From a virus (Duplodnaviria > Caudoviricetes): a DNA stretch of 33,470 bases. The stretch is taken from the IMG/VR virus record IMGVR_UViG_3300021197_000971, positions 1 to 33,470 of that record; one strand, written 5' to 3'. The notes beneath the pieces are model-generated. The model ran no database searches. It was not told the DNA's origin and was given only the letters and a program-made list of their open reading frames with translations. The translations under genes were made by a program, and so were the position numbers. This document shows, in pieces, positions 9,394 to 17,668 of the stretch; positions within the stretch are counted from its first letter, which is position 1, and each line of letters opens with the position of its first letter.

Positions 9394-11127
9394 CTACTCG
9401 CAACTGCGAATACCAGTCTCAACGTCAATATAACAGGCACCCCCCTCAACCACAGTCTCATCAGAGGGTTTCTCTGGCTCATCAACTACGTCCTCTGATG
9501 CGCTGGCGTTAAGGATACCAAACCGCTTGCCAGAAACACGGAAGGTGGTACACCCTTTAGCCCCACCATCATAAGCCTTCATGTAGACATCTTTGAACTG
9601 CCCCCAAGTAACATTATCACCAACATTACAAGTCTTTGAACATGCGCTGTCAACCCACTCTTGAGCGGCAGTAAGCATACCCACATGATCCTCTACAGAG
9701 ATGCTGTCAGCAGTATCGCACTCAATACCCCACTCACGATATGCATAATCCTCAATCTTTTCAAGCCTTGGCCCTTCAAAGGTTTGGACTTCTCTGGTAT
9801 ACGAGAGGTTGAAAACAGGTTCGATTCCACTGGAAACATTATTTGCGACAAGACTAATGGTCCCTGTAGGGGCAATACTTGTAAGGTGGCTATTACGGAT
9901 ACCAAACTTACGGATAGCTTCTTGCACATCAGGATCAAGTTTCTGGATGAACTTGCCCATAGGGTACTTTTCAGCGTCAAACATCGGGAAAGCACCCTTC
10001 TCAACAGCAAGTGAAGCAGACGCCATGTAGCACCTGTTGGCAATCAGCCTAAGAACCTTACGGGTAAAATCTTTAGCCTCATCACTACCATAACGGATAC
10101 CCAAAGCGCCCAAGACATTACCAAGTCCGGTGACGCCAAGACCCATCCTGCGCTTGTTCTTAGCCTCTTGTTCCTGTTCCTTCAGCGGGTATGTAGTCTC
10201 ATCAATCACATTGTCCATAGCCCTAACTACATGGGGGATGTCATTTTCAAGCTGACCCCAATCAAACTGCCAACAAACCTCATTAGAGTAAACATACTTG
10301 GTGAGGTTGAAGCTGCCCAACAGACAAGCACCATAGGCAGGCAAAGGTTGTTCGCCGCATGGGTTTGTAGCCGAGATGTCCTCACAATACCAAAGGTTAT
10401 TCATCTTGTTAACACGGTCAATGAAGATCACACCTGGTTCAGCCCAATCCCAAGTATTGCGAAGAATAGCATCCCACAAGTGACGCGCCCTGACAGTATC
10501 AAAAACTCTACCCTCAAACACAAGGTCAAAGTCACTATCAGCTTTTACAGACTCCATGAACGCATCAGTAATCAACACAGAGATATTGAACTGAGTTAGT
10601 TTATCGTGGTTAGCCTTGGCAGAGATGAACTCCATAATGTCAGGGTGGTCTACACGAAGGCAACCCATCTGTGCGCCCCTACGGTGTCCTGCTGAAGCGA
10701 TGGTTTTGCACACAGCATCCATAATACCCATGAAGGACACAGGACCACTCGCTTGTGATCCGATAGACTTGATACGAGCGCCACGTGGACGGATACCACT
10801 AAAGTCATACCCAACACCACCTCCAAGTTGCATAGTGATAGCAGCCTCTTTAGCTACATCCATAATGCCTTCCATAGAGTCAGGGACATCCTTCATAACA
10901 AAACAGTTAAAGGCTGTTACCCGGCGGTAAGACCCCGCTGCCGCTTGTACACGCCCACCAGGCAGAAACCTCTGCTCCTTCAGGATATCACGGAAGTGAT
11001 TAAAGTGTGCCTCATTGTCGGACAGTGCTTGTGCAACTCGTGCAACCTTCTGCCCATAGTCTTCCCCCTCTTGTCGATACTTCTGCGCATCTGCCCAAAT
11101 GGCAACAGGAATTGTTGGTCCGGTCAT
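9394..11127 (-). CDS. nrdJ: Class II (B12-dependent) ribonucleotide reductase
   Basis: NCFV, GGGVG, RRGAQM, ATNPCGEQPL, ACLLGS, SIAPTGTIS, KGCTTFR, C-terminal Cys pair; no beta subunit nearby. Confidence 0.9.
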   Translation of the reverse strand: MTGPTIPVAIWADAQKYRQEGEDYGQKVARVAQALSDNEAHFNHFRDILKEQRFLPGGRVQAAAGSYRRVTAFNCFVMKDVPDSMEGIMDVAKEAAITMQLGGGVGYDFSGIRPRGARIKSIGSQASGPVSFMGIMDAVCKTIASAGHRRGAQMGCLRVDHPDIMEFISAKANHDKLTQFNISVLITDAFMESVKADSDFDLVFEGRVFDTVRARHLWDAILRNTWDWAEPGVIFIDRVNKMNNLWYCEDISATNPCGEQPLPAYGACLLGSFNLTKYVYSNEVCWQFDWGQLENDIPHVVRAMDNVIDETTYPLKEQEQEAKNKRRMGLGVTGLGNVLGALGIRYGSDEAKDFTRKVLRLIANRCYMASASLAVEKGAFPMFDAEKYPMGKFIQKLDPDVQEAIRKFGIRNSHLTSIAPTGTISLVANNVSSGIEPVFNLSYTREVQTFEGPRLEKIEDYAYREWGIECDTADSISVEDHVGMLTAAQEWVDSACSKTCNVGDNVTWGQFKDVYMKAYDGGAKGCTTFRVSGKRFGILNASASEDVVDEPEKPSDETVVEGGACYIDVETGIRSCE

Positions 11128-11131
11128 TCAC

Positions 11132-11317
11132 TCATCCTTTGTTTTCTTTGATCCAATTTTCTTGTTCTGAAGGTGCTAAGTAGTGCATCAGGGTAAACTT
11201 TACGCATCCGGCACCTTCGGTATCAGAGCACTCCAACAAACTGTGGTATGTCTCAGTCAAGTCTTGAACCATCAATGCCCAAAATTCATCTTCATCTACG
11301 TTAACTGTAAGTTTCAC
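11132..11317 (-). CDS. Hypothetical protein
   Basis: 61-aa coupled ORF with GGAGG RBS. Confidence 0.55.
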   Translation of the reverse strand: MKLTVNVDEDEFWALMVQDLTETYHSLLECSDTEGAGCVKFTLMHYLAPSEQENWIKENKG

Positions 11318-11730
11318 ACCAAATCCTCCAAATTCACCTTTGGGTAACTCTTGTTTTTCTCAATCTTACCATCGGCCCTACGCTTGATAGTGCCGTCCGG
11401 TTGATACATACGCCCCATGTTATTCTCATGCACCCGACGAATTGCCTCATCCAAGTTCCACCCAAGTGAGATAGCATACCCATAGAGCACATACACAAGG
11501 TCTGCTAGTTCCTTTAGTTCTTCTTCGGTACGCTGGTCTGTTTCAACCCACTCGTTATATTCTTCCTCTGCCAGAGTGAAATAGGTCTGAGGCTTTGGGT
11601 CTTGACCAGAGGTCTTGATGAACTCACCTACCATTTCACCAACGGACTTACGATACACAAAAGCATCCTCTTCATTGTTGTAGTAACTCTCAGACTTAAC
11701 CCAATCGTCAATTTGATCTTGTGTCAGCAC
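11314..11730 (-). CDS. MazG-like / PRA-PH-type NTP pyrophosphohydrolase (probable GTG start at 11730)
   Basis: EEYNE...KELADLVYV...RVHENNM...RADGKIEK motifs. Confidence 0.8.
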   Translation of the reverse strand: MLTQDQIDDWVKSESYYNNEEDAFVYRKSVGEMVGEFIKTSGQDPKPQTYFTLAEEEYNEWVETDQRTEEELKELADLVYVLYGYAISLGWNLDEAIRRVHENNMGRMYQPDGTIKRRADGKIEKNKSYPKVNLEDLV

Positions 11731-11749
11731 TTCAGTGCCCCCCTTTTCC

Positions 11750-12283
11750 TTAGCCTCTACCATAGAAAACAGTATCCGTATCTGTTGTAGCACCCTTCTT
11801 CCAAAAGTACCATGCAAAGTTATCGGTACTCGTGTACTTACTATCCTTGAACCACTTGAGCCTACCAACAGAGATTACCCTTGAACATCTATCCATATAC
11901 TCACCAAAGTATTTATTGTGCATCATGTCAGCAGGAAGCAACAACCAGGTAGGCTTAAGGCTTGTGAAGTGGTCGATCATAGGTAGCAGGACATCACGAG
12001 AAAAAGGTGGATTTTCTAGGATAATATCACAACGCCCTAATTCATGTTTAGACAAACTCAGAGCATCCCACACTTTAGAGGAGCCTACGGTTTTTCTGAT
12101 GTCACTCCTCCATCTACAAACAGCAACATCCATGAGCAAGTCTTCTAAATCACCGTCCCCGTAGCAAGGACTTGCGTAAGATTTACCCCGTATAAACTCA
12201 ATGAGCTTAGGTGGGATAGCACTAGGGTCAGTTGTGGGGTAGAAGTCTCGTGGAATCTTTTCCATACTTGAGCGTTTACTCAT
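11750..12283 (-). CDS. DNA N6-adenine methyltransferase
   Basis: DFYPT, motif I-like PCYGDG, catalytic NPPF. Confidence 0.75.
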   Translation of the reverse strand: MSKRSSMEKIPRDFYPTTDPSAIPPKLIEFIRGKSYASPCYGDGDLEDLLMDVAVCRWRSDIRKTVGSSKVWDALSLSKHELGRCDIILENPPFSRDVLLPMIDHFTSLKPTWLLLPADMMHNKYFGEYMDRCSRVISVGRLKWFKDSKYTSTDNFAWYFWKKGATTDTDTVFYGRG

Positions 12284-13059
12284 GTTCCATATTCCCGTCT
12301 AAGGCTCTCAAGCGAGATAAACTGAGGTTCATAGAATCCGTTTGATACCTCTCGTTTGACCACGACACCTTTCCACCAATCTTTGTTTGCTTGCCCTGCC
12401 CACGATTCACTCGCTCCTTTGTAGCAGCCAACCACACACCCGATAATCCCACTAGGATACGCACCATCCTTGAAATAGAGGCTACGCTTATGAGAATGAC
12501 CACAAGTGCTACTGGCATTGTTATTTTGAAGGAGGGTATAAGCATGGTGAGTACCAGAAGTAGCTGTACCATAGTTACCAGAACTAAAGTAGTGGCTATA
12601 GAGTACGCCATCCTGACAAATGATAGCGGGGGCGGAATTTTCATACTTGTGATACTCGTCGAACCAATAGTCTGTCTGTAGATGCGAGAAAGAAACACCA
12701 TACTTACTACCCTCTAGTCTAGGGTCATGGGCAATAGCCTTGGAGATACGGTTCTCATGGTTCCCCTCAAGACCGATGAAATACGGACGCTTTCGCTTTG
12801 CCACCTTGAAAGGCTTACGGATACGTTCCATTGCATCATTGTAGGCATCAACATCACGCTCGTATGACTGACTAACGATAGCTTGAGGATACCTTGTGTC
12901 ATAGCTATTGAGGCTCTTCATATCTGCACCATCACCCAAGTCAACTACATAATCAGGGCGAATGTCATAAAGGAACTTGCCTAGCCAATCGAACCTTTCG
13001 TTACTTACCGAAGGGTCTGTATGAGCGCAAGACCATACTACCACTGTTTTACCGCTCAT
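12280..13059 (-). CDS. Calcineurin-like metallophosphoesterase
   Basis: CAH, LGDGAD, GNHE, GHSH motifs. Confidence 0.85.
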   Translation of the reverse strand: MSGKTVVVWSCAHTDPSVSNERFDWLGKFLYDIRPDYVVDLGDGADMKSLNSYDTRYPQAIVSQSYERDVDAYNDAMERIRKPFKVAKRKRPYFIGLEGNHENRISKAIAHDPRLEGSKYGVSFSHLQTDYWFDEYHKYENSAPAIICQDGVLYSHYFSSGNYGTATSGTHHAYTLLQNNNASSTCGHSHKRSLYFKDGAYPSGIIGCVVGCYKGASESWAGQANKDWWKGVVVKREVSNGFYEPQFISLESLRREYGT

Positions 13060-13363
13060 GTCTCACCTCCAGTGGTTCCATATTAACGTCAAAATACTTC
13101 TTGACCTCGTAGGCTTCATCCATAGAGCCATACCAATAGTTAGCTGTAAACACTTCACCGTCCTCTTCAATCTTACAAACAAGCATGGCATCCACATCTG
13201 GTGGTACACCTGCTTCCCAGAGTTCTTCTTCAGGGAAGTCATCCCTCAAAAATGGCCCCTCGACAACACCCCAGATAAGGGTCTTTGGTGGTTCAGGTGG
13301 CCTACTACAGAAGAGCCTCTTCATCCAACCCAGCAAAACCATAGATACTACTCCTCTAGCCAT
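13049..13363 (-). CDS. Hypothetical protein (start uncertain)
   Basis: Acidic ORF filling the operon gap. Confidence 0.55.
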   Translation of the reverse strand: MARGVVSMVLLGWMKRLFCSRPPEPPKTLIWGVVEGPFLRDDFPEEELWEAGVPPDVDAMLVCKIEEDGEVFTANYWYGSMDEAYEVKKYFDVNMEPLEVRHER

Positions 13364-13713
13364 TCAACTGGTATAACCTTATCTGAGTATTTGAACCCGT
13401 GCTTGTCACACCAACCAGCATAAGTCGTATTAGATGCCTTGTTGAGCTTATTTTTGCTGTTGCCAAATACAAACCTGATATCTAACTCAGGGTGCTGCTC
13501 TTTGATACGAAGGTGCTTGCTTCTGTCACTTGATGTAAACCTTCCTTTGACCTCTATGATAATACTGTTTGGTAACTCAAAGTCAGGGGTATACACTGAG
13601 GGCTTCTTTTGATATTTGACCCTAAGATTTTCATACTCGTATGTATACCCCCGATCTTCTAACTGACGGGCTACCTTGTACTCAAGACCCGATCTAAAGT
13701 CACCCCTCTTCAT
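13348..13713 (-). CDS. T7 endonuclease I-like Holliday junction resolvase
   Basis: FRSGLE...YTPDF...IIEVKGRF...HPELDIRFVF...W motifs. Confidence 0.92.
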   Translation of the reverse strand: MKRGDFRSGLEYKVARQLEDRGYTYEYENLRVKYQKKPSVYTPDFELPNSIIIEVKGRFTSSDRSKHLRIKEQHPELDIRFVFGNSKNKLNKASNTTYAGWCDKHGFKYSDKVIPVEWLEE

Positions 13714-13790
13714 GTGAAGTTCCTGTTGCCAAACTCCCCGTGGTATTTTAAAGTTTCCTTTAGGTAGTTTGCTAGTTGTGGGCAGTTCAT
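13710..13790 (-). pseudogene. 26-aa remnant of an HNH-AP2 homing endonuclease
   Basis: Read by hand: MNCPQLANYLKETLKYHGEFGNRNFT*, coupled by ATGA to endonuclease I. Confidence 0.45.
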
Positions 13791-13810
13791 GTATTTCGAT
13801 TGGTATTTAC

Positions 13811-14569
13811 TCAAAACGGCGGCTCCCATAATTCCCCTTCATACTCTTGGAGGTGAAGCAGCCTACAATTTTCAAGCACCCTCTCATACGCCCATTGGTC
13901 CCTATCTTCTGGGTTTACAAGAGCAGATTCGGTGGAAATCTTGTAGGCATCTACACACTTTTGAAACATCTCTTGTTCATCAGTAGAGTCCACCAGTATT
14001 TTTTGTGCTTTCTTAGGACCCACCCCGTAAATACCCAAAATCGCATCAACCCTGTCTCCTGTAAGGACTTGTTCATAGAAAAACCTCAAGGCACTCTCCG
14101 GTGTATTCTTGATGAACTCGTCCTTTGTGAAGTTGAAACGCCAACAAGGAACAGTATCAAAGTCTTTATCCACTGAGACAATCACTGTGGTGTCCAGAGG
14201 GCCACTGTAAGCCTCTATAGAGATAGCATCGTCGGCTTCACACCCCTCAGTGACCTGAGCGCCCCACTTCTCTTGTAGGTAGTCCCTTACGTGGTTGTAG
14301 TGACTTGGCTTAACTGTATCCCTACGGTTCCCTTTATACTCCTGTGTCTTGGCGATGTCGTACCTGAAGTTGCCCCTTCCAGTGAGCCAGCAGTAGAAAT
14401 TGCTGCCATGAGGAAACACAACAGTCTTTGCTATGACGTAATCCATGATCTGATCTATCACGTCCTCTGCTTCCTGTGGTGGCTTGTCTTGGGTGGCAAA
14501 GGCTGCCCTGTATACCAGCACGTCACCATCCACAATCACCTTGGACACCCTTTTTGGCTTATCTGTCAT
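13811..14569 (-). CDS. 5'-3' exonuclease (T7 gp6 / flap endonuclease-like)
   Basis: IVDGD, YKGNR, EADD, SVDKD, GDRVD..LGIYGVGPK motifs. Confidence 0.92.
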   Translation of the reverse strand: MTDKPKRVSKVIVDGDVLVYRAAFATQDKPPQEAEDVIDQIMDYVIAKTVVFPHGSNFYCWLTGRGNFRYDIAKTQEYKGNRRDTVKPSHYNHVRDYLQEKWGAQVTEGCEADDAISIEAYSGPLDTTVIVSVDKDFDTVPCWRFNFTKDEFIKNTPESALRFFYEQVLTGDRVDAILGIYGVGPKKAQKILVDSTDEQEMFQKCVDAYKISTESALVNPEDRDQWAYERVLENCRLLHLQEYEGELWEPPF

Positions 14570-14769
14570 AGGTCAGTCCTGTAGATACGCCCTTGGTGAG
14601 TCTCCATAGACAACTGCCTACAATCGTAACCTGCCTGTTCAGTGATCTTTACCAAGTACCAGAGCCAAGAGTGAACATCCAGGTCATCGACTTCTTTTTG
14701 GTAGGAAATGACCTCGGAATTACCGAAGTCATCATTTTCATATGAGATTGTTGTTGTGATTAGTGGCAT
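14566..14769 (-). CDS. Hypothetical protein
   Basis: Coupled 67-aa ORF. Confidence 0.55.
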   Translation of the reverse strand: MPLITTTISYENDDFGNSEVISYQKEVDDLDVHSWLWYLVKITEQAGYDCRQLSMETHQGRIYRTDL

Positions 14770-14957
14770 CAGGTATTACTCCAAAACTCGTTTTCACCGC
14801 AGTAAGCAGCCATATCTTCAACCCGCCAACCAGCACCTTTTGCAGCTTGAACGTAAAGGTTAAGAAGTTCTCTCATAGTAAGTACCTCCTCACCGCTAAT
14901 GGTAGTAGTCCATCCCGCATCGTCACCATCAGGTTCAATAAGAATAGAGACTTTCAT
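14769..14957 (-). CDS. Hypothetical protein
   Basis: Coupled 62-aa ORF. Confidence 0.55.
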   Translation of the reverse strand: MKVSILIEPDGDDAGWTTTISGEEVLTMRELLNLYVQAAKGAGWRVEDMAAYCGENEFWSNT

Positions 14958-14959
14958 CT

Positions 14960-15472
14960 TCAGTACCCCCCAAACCCTTGGTTTTCATCAGGCACAAACT
15001 CAACGTGTTCAAGCACTAGAATAGCCTGAAGGTCAACAATCTTGTCCTGCCACACATTCATCTTAAGGACTACCTCAGAGTCATTACCGATGTAACCATC
15101 TTCATCAAATACCCAAGGCACATTCTCACCATCAACTTTTTTAAGAATCTCTGGTGGCCCTTGGATAACACCCTTTTCACCAGTCCCTTTGTCAATCATG
15201 TTTGGGTTGAAATGCTTACGGGATGCTTTGTAGAAGTCATCACCATCAGAGTTTTCCTTCCACCGCATACCAATCATTCCCTTGTTAGGAATACCATTAG
15301 CGATTGCTTTAGCCTTCTCTTCTGGTGTCACAACAAGATCACAAACGTACTGTCCTTGGGTCAACACAATCTTATCTTTCATGTCGCCAGGTTGGAGGTT
15401 TTCACCCGTGTCCCGGTTGTGTTCAAACACCTTGGCGTAGCGAATCTTGCCGTGCATATAAACTGTAGCCAT
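14960..15472 (-). CDS. Single-stranded DNA-binding protein (T7 gp2.5-like)
   Basis: GKIRYAKVFE, IGNDSEV, ILVLEHVEF, acidic tail ending in an aromatic residue; replication context. Confidence 0.65.
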   Translation of the reverse strand: MATVYMHGKIRYAKVFEHNRDTGENLQPGDMKDKIVLTQGQYVCDLVVTPEEKAKAIANGIPNKGMIGMRWKENSDGDDFYKASRKHFNPNMIDKGTGEKGVIQGPPEILKKVDGENVPWVFDEDGYIGNDSEVVLKMNVWQDKIVDLQAILVLEHVEFVPDENQGFGGY

Positions 15473-15519
15473 ATCTATCTAGTCCTTTGTCGGGTTGATA
15501 TCTTGGGGTTATTCTCTTT

Positions 15520-15562
15520 CCCCCTATAGTATTATAAGTACCTTTTCACACAGGTTATTCCA
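15520..15562 (-). promoter_or_regulatory. Phage-specific bipartite promoter, copy 1 (upstream of SSB)
   Basis: Minus strand TGGAAT-N15-GTACTTATAATACTATAGGGGG; 22-bp core identical to 27574-27595. Confidence 0.75.
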
Positions 15563-15606
15563 TTATAAGGATATAAACATCATGTGTTGTAAAAAGGACT
15601 CACCTG

Positions 15607-17034
15607 TTAATGGCAGTCTGCATAAGAACCCCCCACCTGCACATCCACTTCAATATTTACATTGAGTTGCAGCATATCGTTTACCTCTCGCATTGATTCT
15701 CTTAGGATTGCCTCAGTAACTTCTACCCGATCCTCACAGACCGACAAAAGAACCTCATCATGGTATTGCATTGGCACTATCACCCCTTTCCTACGCATAC
15801 GCATTACCCAGCAATCAAACACAAAAACACCTGTGCCTTGGTTAAGAGTGCTGAATATGTCCTTCTCAAACCTAAGTGAGTAGTAGAAGCCACTGACAGG
15901 GTTCTTGAGCCACATAGAGCCATCCTTGAGTGTCTTTACATACTGTTCCTTAGATATCTTAATGACACTCCAGTTGCGCTCCCAATAGGCTTTCAGAAGT
16001 TCCTTGCACTCAGCAACACTCAACCCTGTCTGGCGACTAAGAGTAACCTCCTTAACACCATAGATACCAGCGTAATTAGCGGGCTTGAACTTGCTACGGA
16101 TAGGCTTCAGGTCATCACCTTCCCCACGGGAATAACGGGCTTCATCCTCTTGGCTAATAGCACCTGCAAACTTAGCAAGGTTAATATGCTCATCGAAACC
16201 CGGCTTTGCCATCTCAGTGACATACTCAGGGTCATGGGGCCACATGTAATGCCTCTTGGTCATACTCTCCAAGCTACTCACATCAGACCCACACAAGACT
16301 TCACCTTCAGGGGCTACAATACACCCACGTATCTCCTTACCCCAAGGGCTACCTACACCTGGCAGGTTTACGATAGGCTTCCTGTGCTTGAGCCTGAATG
16401 TGTTAGTCAGCCCGTCAGCACTAGCCACCACCTTATTCCCTTGTGCCTCACTCAAGAAGCCACCAAAAACACCTCTTCTGTGTTGTGCTACCGTAAGACC
16501 CTCAAGTTCCTCAATAGCAGGTTCCCTGACCTTAAGCCTCAGTACACTATCTGTAAGTTCACCCTTGCGAGGGTCACTGTTAGCAGAGTACCGCACTTGA
16601 GGTATCTTCTTTTCTTCCCCCGTGAGTTTGTTTCTTTGGAACTTATAGGTACAAGGTTTCCAACCCAATGACTCAAGCCAATCCTTTACTTGTTGGTGGC
16701 TACCGGGGTTCCCATCCTTCCAAGAGACAACCACTGGCCCCTCTGTTTCCTCTGGCAGCTTAAGAGACTTCAGAGTATCGAACCACTTCTTACCAAGGGC
16801 ACTGTAGCTACCATCCTGCTTGTAGAGGTTCTTTGGTTTGTTTTGCATCTGATCTGGTACTTTAGGCATGACCTTGGAAAGAGCCTTGGTTTTCTCCTCA
16901 ACTACCTTTGTCAGTTCATCGTAGTGCCCCTGTGCCTTCCCTACGTCTATGGTCAGCGGGTTAGCCTCTTGCTCCCTCAGACAGTCAGCCTTAAAGGAAA
17001 GATACCGTAGGAACCTTAGAATGTCATTATCCAT
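15607..17034 (-). CDS. DNA polymerase family A, polymerase domain (separate ORF)
   Basis: Motif A GSDVSSLE, motif B RSKFKPANYAGIYG (Tyr at the 762-equivalent position), motif C YHDE; GAGGA RBS before ATG 17034. Confidence 0.9.
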   Translation of the reverse strand: MDNDILRFLRYLSFKADCLREQEANPLTIDVGKAQGHYDELTKVVEEKTKALSKVMPKVPDQMQNKPKNLYKQDGSYSALGKKWFDTLKSLKLPEETEGPVVVSWKDGNPGSHQQVKDWLESLGWKPCTYKFQRNKLTGEEKKIPQVRYSANSDPRKGELTDSVLRLKVREPAIEELEGLTVAQHRRGVFGGFLSEAQGNKVVASADGLTNTFRLKHRKPIVNLPGVGSPWGKEIRGCIVAPEGEVLCGSDVSSLESMTKRHYMWPHDPEYVTEMAKPGFDEHINLAKFAGAISQEDEARYSRGEGDDLKPIRSKFKPANYAGIYGVKEVTLSRQTGLSVAECKELLKAYWERNWSVIKISKEQYVKTLKDGSMWLKNPVSGFYYSLRFEKDIFSTLNQGTGVFVFDCWVMRMRRKGVIVPMQYHDEVLLSVCEDRVEVTEAILRESMREVNDMLQLNVNIEVDVQVGGSYADCH

Positions 17035-17473
17035 AGATTTCCTCAAGCCTCCTCTTCTGTTTCACCCACTCAAGCCAGTTGATCTTTACATCTTCCTCAC
17101 ACCTGTGCTTGTATTCATCGTAACTCAGGTTCTCCCAATCATCCACTTTAGGCTTCATTACACCATGTTCCTTACCAATAGAATCAAGCCCATGTGAAGC
17201 CCTGTCAGGGAAAAGGTAGCGAGACACCCACAGAGTGTCAATGTATTTCTTGTAGTCCATAGGAATACCCAAGAGCCTGTTGAACACAACCATGTCAAAC
17301 CCTACAGCATTGTGTAGCACCATAAGGTCAGCACTATTGTACACATCCACCATAGTGGTGTATTCTTTAGTGCTTTCGATAGTCTCACCGTCCTCAGTCC
17401 AAGACATCACATGAAGTTTAGTGCAGTCGTAGGCTAGACCATCTGTTTCAGTGTCAGCTACTATGATTTTCAT
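17027..17473 (-). CDS. DNA polymerase A 3'-5' proofreading exonuclease domain (separate ORF)
   Basis: ExoI DTETDGL, ExoII HNAVGFD, DTL, HGLD, ExoIII-like RCEEDV. Confidence 0.88.
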   Translation of the reverse strand: MKIIVADTETDGLAYDCTKLHVMSWTEDGETIESTKEYTTMVDVYNSADLMVLHNAVGFDMVVFNRLLGIPMDYKKYIDTLWVSRYLFPDRASHGLDSIGKEHGVMKPKVDDWENLSYDEYKHRCEEDVKINWLEWVKQKRRLEEIYG

Positions 17474-17666
17474 TCCCCTGGTAATCCTTCTGTGACAACT
17501 CTTGCTGTGACAACTCTTGTAATTCCCATAGGGCCATATCAATAGCATAGTGCCTTTGCCAACCTGCGTAGTAAGCACTACGGATATCCCAATAGCAATC
17601 ATCAATACTTGGGTCAAGGTCTGGAAACCGCTCTTCATACCAACTCATAAAGAAATCTTCAATCAT
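17454..17666 (-). CDS. Hypothetical protein
   Basis: 70-aa ORF between helicase and exonuclease, GGAGG RBS. Confidence 0.5.
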   Translation of the reverse strand: MIEDFFMSWYEERFPDLDPSIDDCYWDIRSAYYAGWQRHYAIDMALWELQELSQQELSQKDYQGNENHSS

Positions 17667-17668
17667 CT

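Noticed and set aside
17020-17050. Intron or intein in polA
   Set aside because: The ORFs overlap and there is no intervening sequence
17490-17520. 15-bp tandem duplication (QELSQ repeat)
   Set aside because: In-frame slippage in a small hypothetical gene with no evident function
17474-17638. Upstream extension of the exonuclease ORF (similar extensions on thyX and the MazG-like gene)
   Set aside because: Overlaps neighbouring genes; conserved motifs begin at the later starts
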